From a virus (lineage: Duplodnaviria; Caudoviricetes), in IMG/VR virus record IMGVR_UViG_3300046819_000361: a stretch of 64,000 nucleotides of DNA; one strand, 5' to 3'. Positions 40,885 through 49,671 of the stretch are shown one piece after another. The position numbers and the translations under genes were made by a program. Numbering within the stretch: the first letter of the stretch is position 1; each line of letters begins with the position of its first letter. Below the pieces are notes generated by a model. That model did not search any database and was not told where the DNA came from. It worked only from the letters and a program-made list of their open reading frames with translations.

Positions 40885-40927
40885 GCAAGCATTATACACC
40901 AGCTGATCTCAAATGTCTAGTTATTTT

Positions 40928-41470
40928 TTAGAAATCTTCATCGTCATCAAAGTCTGACTCTGGGTCATCATAATACCTGTAATAACTTTCATTTTCTTTC
41001 AAAACTCTAACTTTATCTCCTAATTGAATTTGTAAAACTGTCAAATGCTCAGGTTTTAAAATCTCTGTAATGAACCATAAAGTACCACAACCGCCACCAT
41101 ATGTTCTAATGGGACCATGTTTTATTTTTGTTTGAGCTAATGCTTCGCGTAATGAATTACCATATTCTGTAATAATTCTAGAAATACCCTTTTCACGATT
41201 TTTTAATCTGGATTTATCAAACTCAGTTAGATCATCAATGATAGCGGTATTAGAATCATCAATAACCAGTAAACAATCTTTGATTTTGATGGATCCTTTT
41301 GTGTGACTGGAATCTGGTGTTTCTTTTGTACACCACCCTTTACGACAATCTACGTGATCAATATAAAATGAGTCACCTTTTGCTTTAATAATCCACATTG
41401 GGATATTAGCGTCTTCTAAATGTTTTTTATTGAAGTGGAATACCACATCATCACATGCTAATTCTATCAT
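40928..41470 (-). CDS. conserved hypothetical phage protein
   Basis: FHFNKKHLED..IPMWIIKAKG..TKETPDSSHTKGSIK. Confidence 0.6.
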   Translation of the reverse strand: MIELACDDVVFHFNKKHLEDANIPMWIIKAKGDSFYIDHVDCRKGWCTKETPDSSHTKGSIKIKDCLLVIDDSNTAIIDDLTEFDKSRLKNREKGISRIITEYGNSLREALAQTKIKHGPIRTYGGGCGTLWFITEILKPEHLTVLQIQLGDKVRVLKENESYYRYYDDPESDFDDDEDF

Positions 41471-41636
41471 AATTTTTCCTTGAATAATTTTTGGCATAAA
41501 AAAACCCAAGCCAACTTGATGGATCAAGCCGATACTTGGGTAAAAAAAGGAGTTTTTTAAATTGTTAAAAAGTCTTGTAATCTATAACTGTTTCATAATT
41601 CTTATTATATCAAATTTTATATTGTATGTCAATTAC

Positions 41637-41854
41637 TATTTATAGTAACAGTCTTGGGGTTCTAGATATTTCCTCTCAATAGGTTTCACAGCTTTTCCAT
41701 AGCTCTACCTATATTATGCACTTTTTCCTGACTGTGACAGGGAACACAGTAACTTAAGCATACTATACACAGTCTAACTGTTCTCTATGAAAACTCTCTG
41801 TTTACCCTTTGCTACGGGCGTGTTCCTTACCGTGCTGGTCTATACTATAAAAAT
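41637..41854 (-). ncRNA. candidate structured ncRNA closed by a long terminal stem
   Basis: TATTTTATAGTA..TACTATAAAATA termini, internal hairpins, no ORF. Confidence 0.45.
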
Positions 41855-42261
41855 AAAATTTACATCAATGATTTATATAATGAACCAGACAGTTGAAAGT
41901 TTGACTTCCAATTCCATTCATCTAACACTAATTGATTAAACGTGGTGTCATCTAACTCAATGACATCGTCGATACTTAATTCGAGCATTCTGATTGCACG
42001 AGTGTAGCTTTGTTCATATGAACTAGGAACAGATGGTAAGTTTTTAACTTTTGCAATATTGTTCAAATCGCCTGTATTGACAAGTTTTAAGTTATTTTTA
42101 GTAATGACTACCACTGCTTTTTTGAAATCTTCAACTGATTCGTTGAACTCAACAATATGTTTTTCTTTGTTTTCACGAACTACTGCGAGTAATTCTTCTC
42201 TTTTAATTTTTACTGTTTTCATAACGTTATTTTCAATGTTTCTCATATAAAATGTATTGGT

Positions 42262-42336
42262 TGGTGCACCCGATGGGATTCGAACCCATTGTCGCAAGTT
42301 TTAGAGGCTTGTGCTATACCTAGTAGCTTCGGGTGC
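42262..42336 (-). tRNA. tRNA with CTA anticodon (amber suppressor candidate)
   Basis: GCACCCG/CGGGTGC-A-CCA; CAAG-C-CTCTAAA-A-CTTG centres CTA. Confidence 0.75.
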
Positions 42337-42758
42337 AAAAAAGTTAATCATACGAACTGGATGAGCCTGAATCACTTGAAGAACTGTAGTCATGCGAACT
42401 ATGAGAATGACTAGAGGAACTACTATGTGATGATCCATAATCATGCGAACTATATGAACTATATGAACTATGTGAGTGGTTAGCATTGTGTGAACTTGAG
42501 TCTACACTCTTTGCCGCAGCATATGAATCCCACACGTCAACTGATGCTTTGATTACGTTATCCACTGTTTCTGAATCTATATCAAGATCATGCTTTTGTG
42601 ATTTATTTCGTTTATCACTATTTGAAACATACTTCGAAGACACATTAGATTTAGTATCTACTTTCTGAATTGATTGTTTTTTAGTAAAAAAACTTTTGAT
42701 TTTTTCTAACATAATTTTCCTTATGAAAAATGTGGGGAATTACCCCCACAAAAATGGA

Positions 42759-43328
42759 TTATTGATAACCGCTGACGATATCGCCTAACTCAAGACCATC
42801 GAACCCGGCTCCAATTGCCTGGAATGAGAATTGTCCATCACGTTTGAAGAATGATCCAACTTGAACGGCTGTTTCATTTTTGTAGTCAGCATCTAGATCA
42901 TAGAATGCAATTTCCTCATTGGTATCAGCATTTAAGATTTTGATACCTGCTTCAGGTACCTGACCAAAAGACTGACCACGAGATACAGCTTCATGGATGG
43001 TTACAACAATTGAAATTTCATCAACTGTTGCTGGTAACGTATTGATATCGATGAAAACCTCTTCGGTACCACCTTGACGCATATCTGGTGTTTTTGAAAC
43101 ACTTTTTTCAGGTGTCGCTTCATTGTTATAGAACACCAAATAGTCATCACCTAACAACTTCGGACCATTATCGGTTGTTTTCAAAACAAACGCTGATACA
43201 TCTAAATCATATTTTGGATTGTTATCTGGAACATTCCACCATAATACTGCCTTTACCTTTCCCATGGCAGGTTGTGATTTGGTTAGGTTGATACCTTTAT
43301 TTTCAGATTTTGCAAGATTAATTGCCAT
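42759..43328 (-). CDS. terD: TerD-family stress protein
   Basis: YDLDVSAF, VFYNN, VTIHEAVSRGQSFGQV, FQAIGAG. Confidence 0.88.
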   Translation of the reverse strand: MAINLAKSENKGINLTKSQPAMGKVKAVLWWNVPDNNPKYDLDVSAFVLKTTDNGPKLLGDDYLVFYNNEATPEKSVSKTPDMRQGGTEEVFIDINTLPATVDEISIVVTIHEAVSRGQSFGQVPEAGIKILNADTNEEIAFYDLDADYKNETAVQVGSFFKRDGQFSFQAIGAGFDGLELGDIVSGYQ

Positions 43329-43351
43329 GTTATTACCTCTTGGTAGTTTAA

Positions 43352-44359
43352 TTAAATTGATTTGTGTTTGATTGAAGAGATCAATGATGCACCAATGAAT
43401 GCAGCACCAATCAACCCTGTAATGCTTTCTGGAATTTCGTATACAGTATTTACGAACATGATGATAGCCAATCCAAATATTGCATAGAATGCACCATGCT
43501 CTAGGTAAATGAATTCATCAACAGTGCCCTTATCTACCATTAGTAATGTTAAGCTTCTTACGAATAACGCACCGATACCAAGGCCAATCATGATGATGAA
43601 AATATTGTTTGTCAATGCTAATGCACCTAATACTCCGTCGAAACTGAAGCTTGCATCTAATACTTCCAAGTAAAGAAACGATGCTAACCCGGATTTGGCT
43701 ACTGCACCTGTAACCGTGCCATCATCAGTCCCGATTACTGCTTCTAAACCATCGACAAGAATGTACGTTACTAATCCGAATACACTTGCGACCAAGAATG
43801 CTGATGCTTCTGTTTCATTATGTGTGGATCCGATGATTTTGTAAACAATATATACCAATACTAATGTAATTGCAGATTGTATTGCTTCAATTTTGCCTAA
43901 TTTAGTGAATCTTTCTTCAATTGGTTTAAGCCAATGCGTATCTTTGTCTTGATCGATGAAAAACTTTAATGCAACCATCATTAGGAATGTGCCACCGAAA
44001 CCCATGACTGAGGTATGGACTGATTCTAGCGCATGAGAATACTGTTCTGGGTCATTAACTGCTAACATGAATGATGAATATGGGTTAATTCCCAATGCAA
44101 CTGATACAATTGCTAATGGAAACACCATTCTCATACCAAATACAGCAATAGCCATACCCCAGGTAATGAAACGATGACGCCATATATCATCCATTCCTTT
44201 TAGAACTTGTGCATTCACGACGGCATTATCAAAACTCAAACTAACTTCAAGAATTGATAGAACTAACGTGATCCAGGCTGCTTCGAGCCCACCGATCAAA
44301 TATGCTAGTACGATACCGATACCAGCAATCAAAAAAGAACCTTTAAAATATTGTAACAT
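43352..44359 (-). CDS. TerC-like DUF475 membrane protein
   Basis: LEVSLSFDNAVVNA, FLYLEVLDASFSFDGV, YLEHGAFYAI. Confidence 0.9.
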   Translation of the reverse strand: MLQYFKGSFLIAGIGIVLAYLIGGLEAAWITLVLSILEVSLSFDNAVVNAQVLKGMDDIWRHRFITWGMAIAVFGMRMVFPLAIVSVALGINPYSSFMLAVNDPEQYSHALESVHTSVMGFGGTFLMMVALKFFIDQDKDTHWLKPIEERFTKLGKIEAIQSAITLVLVYIVYKIIGSTHNETEASAFLVASVFGLVTYILVDGLEAVIGTDDGTVTGAVAKSGLASFLYLEVLDASFSFDGVLGALALTNNIFIIMIGLGIGALFVRSLTLLMVDKGTVDEFIYLEHGAFYAIFGLAIIMFVNTVYEIPESITGLIGAAFIGASLISSIKHKSI

Positions 44360-44422
44360 TGGATATTACCTGTGTGTTTGTTAAAAGAAGCTTCATTCTA
44401 CCTGTAAATTCAGGTATGTCAA

Positions 44423-45103
44423 TTATTTTTTAAACTTTCCGACCCAATCAGCAAATTCTTGGCTGATAATGTCTTCATATAAGTCTTCATCACTGATACT
44501 TTCGATATCATCTATCTTCAAATAACCGGCATTTGGGTATTTTTCGCCCAAATATTCGATAAATGAGAAGTTCCCACCACCAATACCGATCAAAACCCAA
44601 TATAAATCTTTAGATTGTGATTCTACGATAACCTTTTCAGTTGCTTGTTGATCGAAATTCTCGCCATCGGTGATGAAAATAGCTAATGATGGGTCAGTTG
44701 AATTAGATTTCTTCCCAAACAACTTCCCAAATAGGCCAGTTTGTACTGGTGCGGCACTATTAACGATGTCTTTCATGACTGGTGCATACTCTGTACCACC
44801 TTCACTAATTTTTTTGACGATTTCACGGTCAACAAAGTCTTCGATGTTGCTAATATTGACTGATGGCAGCTCAAATGAATCATTATGAAATGCCCAAATG
44901 TCAATAATTTTATCTTTATCGATGTTCATACCAATTGCTAGCACTCGTTCTACCACATCTTGAACGACTTTGTTGCGATATAGGGTATTCATGGACCCAC
45001 TGCGATCAATTGCCAGTTTTACTTGGCATGGAATGTCACGGATTTGTTTTTTAGTTAGGATGATACCTACTTTTTCTGCTCTTTTAGTTAAATCAATAGC
45101 CAT
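44423..45103 (-). CDS. vWA domain protein (TerF-associated type)
   Basis: IDRSGSM, GGTEYAP, FITDGEN, IGIG. Confidence 0.85.
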   Translation of the reverse strand: MAIDLTKRAEKVGIILTKKQIRDIPCQVKLAIDRSGSMNTLYRNKVVQDVVERVLAIGMNIDKDKIIDIWAFHNDSFELPSVNISNIEDFVDREIVKKISEGGTEYAPVMKDIVNSAAPVQTGLFGKLFGKKSNSTDPSLAIFITDGENFDQQATEKVIVESQSKDLYWVLIGIGGGNFSFIEYLGEKYPNAGYLKIDDIESISDEDLYEDIISQEFADWVGKFKK

Positions 45104-45132
45104 TTTTACTTATCTCGGTTGATTGTTAAAAA

Positions 45133-46272
45133 TTAATGGGTTTTTGGTCCTGCAATAGTGGTCCGTCCAGCATTAGATGAAATGGAAGCATACATGCGCT
45201 TCATTTCATCCATTCTCGATGCACTTTTAATTCTAGTTTCTTTACCAGTATTGTTTATTTGCACAATTTCTCCTAATGTACTGATTAGGTTTTGATGTAC
45301 ATGTTCTATTGTAGCATCATCTATCAATGAACGTTGGTTTAATTTTGCTGATTCAATTGAATTAGCACTAATGATGTTTGAATTGGTTTTAATTAGAGTA
45401 TTGTTTGCATCATCTACTGCTGCTGCTAATGCTGCACTTTTTCTTAATTCTTGACCATCTATATACATTCTGATTTGTCTTTTCCATAATGGAATAGTCA
45501 TAGTTTTGATATCATGGAATTTTTGGAGTAATGTTGCAGCACTATCTTCCATTTGACTAATTGAAGGTGCATTTTGAATAGCCATCATTTGAAATTTCTT
45601 CAAATAATCGATTTTCTTCTCCAATCGATCTAAATTTTTTGTACTTCTATTAACTTCTTCGGCGGCAAGGAGATCTGATGCGTTAACCCGCATTTTTTCA
45701 ATTTCTTTTGCCATTATTTGGTATGCTTCTTCTGCATCTTTGATCAAATTTTCTAATCTGTGATATTCATTCAAATTTTCACGGTATTGCACTTGCAGAC
45801 CGTTTAATTTGGCAATAATTCTGTGATTGGCTTGATCAATTTCGTCAATAATTTTGTCCATTTGTGTGGACACATCAGTGAATTCTGCTGAAAGTTGTTC
45901 ACGGACATTAATAAACTTTTCTTTGATCTTTCCAAAGAGTTTTGAAATATTTGAATCTGAATTATTGTTCGTATTCAGGTGAAATGTCTTCGCCATTGTT
46001 AGAATACTAGTTAACTGTTGTTCAACGAAGTCAACGTCAGCATCTTTGACTTCATTTAATAAAGCTTCTGATTTTTTGGCAATATCTGACATAACATCCG
46101 CCCCGTAATCGATAATCCCGGTTGGTGAATCAAATGTTGAAAGTAATTGGAGTACACGAGGATTGGATGCGCCTAAATCTGACAATTGTTTAGGTGAAAC
46201 TGGTGTAAATGACTGTTTAACTGAAACTTCAGTACCAGATGATGACACTTGAACAGGTTTAAAAGACTTCAT
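45133..46272 (-). CDS. TelA-like toxic anion resistance protein
   Basis: coiled coil, QNAPSI, TMTIPLWKRQ; ter operon context. Confidence 0.8.
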   Translation of the reverse strand: MKSFKPVQVSSSGTEVSVKQSFTPVSPKQLSDLGASNPRVLQLLSTFDSPTGIIDYGADVMSDIAKKSEALLNEVKDADVDFVEQQLTSILTMAKTFHLNTNNNSDSNISKLFGKIKEKFINVREQLSAEFTDVSTQMDKIIDEIDQANHRIIAKLNGLQVQYRENLNEYHRLENLIKDAEEAYQIMAKEIEKMRVNASDLLAAEEVNRSTKNLDRLEKKIDYLKKFQMMAIQNAPSISQMEDSAATLLQKFHDIKTMTIPLWKRQIRMYIDGQELRKSAALAAAVDDANNTLIKTNSNIISANSIESAKLNQRSLIDDATIEHVHQNLISTLGEIVQINNTGKETRIKSASRMDEMKRMYASISSNAGRTTIAGPKTH

Positions 46273-46324
46273 AATACCCTTTTGAATGTGAATGTGTAAA
46301 AAGATAGTAGGGATTTCTCCCTAC

Positions 46325-46670
46325 TAGGTATTTTTGGTTATAAGGTATTTCCTACCCCAGAATTCGCTGGTTATTAAGCAGCGATAGCATCAAAGATGCC
46401 ATCTACAGTGTAGAATTCAAATTTAGAATCGTTTGCGATTACTATGTTTATGCTGATTAGGTCAGTCATATCTCCTGTTGCCTTCTCCACTATTACACCA
46501 CGTCGAAACCAACTGTCATTCCCATCATAAAAACATAGGTACTCCCCTTTGAAGGGGCAGGGAGTTTATGGCTATGGCCCCACTCTGATACCAACCTATG
46601 TTCTTATGGTGGAAATGCCCGGGGTCGAACCGGGGTCCGCAATGCCTTTATTTTGAAGGAATAACAACAA
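46325..46670 (-). ncRNA. ssrA: permuted (two-piece) tmRNA
   Basis: acceptor piece GGACCCCGGTTCGACCCCGGGCATTTCCACCA (CCA at 46607) precedes 5' end GGGAATGA..TTCGAC (46523; G3:U70); tag ANDSKFEFYTVDGIFDAIAA* at 46374-46436; outer ends approximate. Confidence 0.9.
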
Positions 46671-47040
46671 TTCTGTATATCTATACCGCACACCCTTGCG
46701 ACTTCAGCCTGTTAAGGTAGAGCTACTAAATAGAAGTCATAGAGTTCTATATGTTCGCATAGATAAGTTAAATATCTAACTATGGTTCAATAATGGCGTA
46801 CCACTCCTAATCGTTTGTACTATGTACCGGATTTAAGTTAGACTATTTGCTTATTATAGCATTATATTTATATTTGTCAAGAATTATTTGTTACGTTTTA
46901 CACGTGCTTTTGTTCTTGGTTGACCGGTTACTTTGTTATTTCTACTTCTAGCCATTTTCGGTACCTCTGTTGTTTAAGATGAGCTTATTATACATCAGCC
47001 AAACGTGATGTCAAGCATTTTTTAATAAATACTACTATTA

Positions 47041-47517
47041 ATGGAGAAGTATGTGGACATAGGTATCCCTAATTTTGATTTTTTTAGTCTGGTACAACAA
47101 GCAGGATTCCCAATAGCCCTTGCAGTAGTGTGTGGTTGGTTTATTATGCAAGCAATTCAGTTAGTTCTGAGTTCTGTAGTTAAATCAATTAAAAAAATCA
47201 TAGGTCTTATAAAATCCATGGACGGGCGAGTGAAACAGATGAATATCGATGTTTTAGACTTGGATAAACTGGTATCTAAATCACTAGAAGTCGATCCACT
47301 GCCATTAAAAGTACATCATGAAGTAGCAGCAGTTATGAATAGCCATGGTGAAAAACCGCCACCTCTACCTTCACCACCACCTCCGCCTGATGCTCCAAAA
47401 AAATCTTCAATACTTAAAAAGATTTCTGATGTGGTAGATGATGCGGTTGGAAAGGCACAAGATATTGTAGATGATGCTACTAAACTAGCAGAAAAAGTGG
47501 AGAAAATTAAAAAATGA
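47041..47517 (+). CDS. small membrane protein (GFPI paralog 1)
   Basis: GFPIALAV TM helix, coiled coil, Pro-rich tail. Confidence 0.6.
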   Translation: MEKYVDIGIPNFDFFSLVQQAGFPIALAVVCGWFIMQAIQLVLSSVVKSIKKIIGLIKSMDGRVKQMNIDVLDLDKLVSKSLEVDPLPLKVHHEVAAVMNSHGEKPPPLPSPPPPPDAPKKSSILKKISDVVDDAVGKAQDIVDDATKLAEKVEKIKK

Positions 47518-47798
47518 GCCCAGAAACAGTAAAGTTTTTTTCAGATACATTAACTCCGATACTCGGTAGTTGTGTTCTAGGTGCTTTTATCTTTACAGCA
47601 TTAAAGTTTGTATTAGGTGATATTATTACATCGGTAAAGTCATTAGCTGGTATTGTAATGGCATTAGAAAACAGGGTTAAAACCTGTTCACACGAACTTA
47701 TTAAAATCGACGTTACTATATCATCGGTATTGGGATTACGCCCAGATTTAGATAGGATTTCGAGAATGGACGGGAAGGTAGACGCTCGCCGAGACTAA
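47514..47798 (+). CDS. small membrane protein (paralog 2)
   Basis: TM helix, LENRVK..ELIKID..RPDLDRISR..DARRD. Confidence 0.6.
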   Translation: MSPETVKFFSDTLTPILGSCVLGAFIFTALKFVLGDIITSVKSLAGIVMALENRVKTCSHELIKIDVTISSVLGLRPDLDRISRMDGKVDARRD

Positions 47799-47834
47799 TT
47801 ATCGTAAAAACGACGCACTTGTATAAATATAGGT

Positions 47835-48452
47835 ATGAAAACAATTAATTATAGAAAAATATACGAACAACATTATGGAAAAATACCAAAAGATGAAAAC
47901 AATCGTTCATTTCAAATTCATCATATTGATGGAAATAGAAATAACAATGATATAACTAATTTATTGTGTGTTTCAATACAAGAACATTACGATATACATT
48001 ATAAACAACAAGATTGGGGTGCGTGTTACCTTATTGGAAGAAAGATGAGAATACCGGTAAGTGAATTATCTGAACTAGTTAGGAATCAACAATATGTTAG
48101 GATAGCAAATGGAACACATAATTTACTCGGAGCAAATAACCCTGTTCATGCAAGAGTAGCTAATGGAACACATAATTTCCTTAAAGAAAATAGGTCACAA
48201 GAAGTTTGGAATAAAGGGAAGACTAAAGAAACTGATTCAAGGGTTCGTAAAAATGCTGAATCCCGATCAAAAGTTAGATATAGTGAAGAAACTAAACAAG
48301 CCTTTAGAAAGCCAAAATCTGAGGCAGGGAAAATTAATATGAGATTAGGACAGTTGGGAAAAAAGTATCCTAAAATACAATGTTCTTGTTGCGGTAAAGA
48401 AATACCATCGAATGCAATGGCTTCTCATATGAGAACACATACTAGGAAATAA
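47835..48452 (+). mobile_element. HNH homing endonuclease
   Basis: YRKIYEQHYG..IHHIDGNRNNNDITNL..EHYDIH; TATAAATA upstream. Confidence 0.85.
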
Positions 48453-48456
48453 TTAG

Positions 48457-48735
48457 ATGGATATAACACAAATTGCTGATTTGATAAACCGATATGGATT
48501 TCCGATTATTGCGGCTGGGTATATGCTTCGGATGGTGAAATATGTGTGGTCATTCACTATTGATGAAATTAATCCTGTATTGGGGGAAGCAAGTAAAGAA
48601 TTAATTACATTAATTGATCGTATTAGATTACTTGATAATGATTTATTGCGACTTACAGCGAAGTTAAATACAGTATTGCAAATGCGTGAAAATGCACAAA
48701 AGCAACAAACAAGGGGTAGTAATGAGAGTAAGTGA
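48457..48735 (+). CDS. small membrane protein (GFPI paralog 3)
   Basis: INRYGFPIIAA..LIDRIRLLDNDLLRL. Confidence 0.6.
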   Translation: MDITQIADLINRYGFPIIAAGYMLRMVKYVWSFTIDEINPVLGEASKELITLIDRIRLLDNDLLRLTAKLNTVLQMRENAQKQQTRGSNESK

Positions 48736-49012
48736 ATTTATAAATGAAGATTGGCAAAAAGTAAATAAAAAAGACAATACGGATGGTATGAGTCAAAAAG
48801 CAGTTAATTCTTATAAACGGGAAAATCCTGGTTCTAAATTAAAAACAGCAGTTACTACTAAACCTAGTGAGATTAAGAAAGGAAGTAAAGATGCCAATCG
48901 AAGAAAAAGTTTTTGTGCAAGATCAAATGGACAAAAAAAGATGCATAACATAGATTGTTCAAGCACACCTGATAAGCCAATATGTAAAGCTCGTAAACGA
49001 TGGAATTGTTAA
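48722..49012 (+). CDS. small basic phage protein
   Basis: GMSQKAV..RENPGSKLKTAVT..RRKSFCAR..RKRWNC. Confidence 0.6.
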   Translation: MRVSEFINEDWQKVNKKDNTDGMSQKAVNSYKRENPGSKLKTAVTTKPSEIKKGSKDANRRKSFCARSNGQKKMHNIDCSSTPDKPICKARKRWNC

Positions 49013-49021
49013 GGAAACAAA

Positions 49022-49576
49022 ATGGGAATTGAAGATTTAGGATTAAAAGCAGCGAGGAAAGCTGAAGAAAAGCAAATATCCTCTGCTGGGGATAAAATCA
49101 AAAGTAGAGCTGGACTAGTAATTAATATTTTTGCTGCATTATTAGCTGCTAATACATATATCAGCGGAACATTGAACAGTACTATAATGAATAACACTAT
49201 TAAAGCTAATGATTTATGGAACTTTTATCAAGCAAAAAGTATGAAACAAACCATGTATGAATTAGCAGCATCAGATGCTGACACGCCTGAACTTTCTAAA
49301 AAGTTTTTAGATAAGGCTGCCAGTTATGAAAGTGATCCAACCACACGTGAAGGAAAACAGGAGTTATTAGAAGATGCCAAAGCTTTGGAAGAAGCACGTG
49401 ATGTTGCTAAAACAAAAACACCTTGGATTTCTTATGCGAGTTCAGCATATCAATTAGCCATTGTATTATTGTCAACCAGTATATTATCAGCTAACATCTA
49501 TTTGTTTTTTGGAAGTTTTATTGTGGCCGCCAGTGGTCTTGGACTAATGTTACAAGGAATATTTTTGTGGTGGTAA
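49022..49576 (+). CDS. DUF4337-like membrane protein
   Basis: ANDLWNFYQAKSMKQ; TM helices. Confidence 0.7.
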   Translation: MGIEDLGLKAARKAEEKQISSAGDKIKSRAGLVINIFAALLAANTYISGTLNSTIMNNTIKANDLWNFYQAKSMKQTMYELAASDADTPELSKKFLDKAASYESDPTTREGKQELLEDAKALEEARDVAKTKTPWISYASSAYQLAIVLLSTSILSANIYLFFGSFIVAASGLGLMLQGIFLWW

Positions 49577-49671
49577 GAATTGCCGTAGGACCGTGACTCT
49601 GTTACGAAGGCGATAGGTATCTACTACCTTTGGAACGCTGATTCGCTACCAGCGTTCCAAGAAGTGTAGTA

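Noticed and set aside
41637-41854. RNase P RNA
   Set aside because: Only vague resemblance; the conserved GAGGAAAGUCC and P4 partner motifs are not present.
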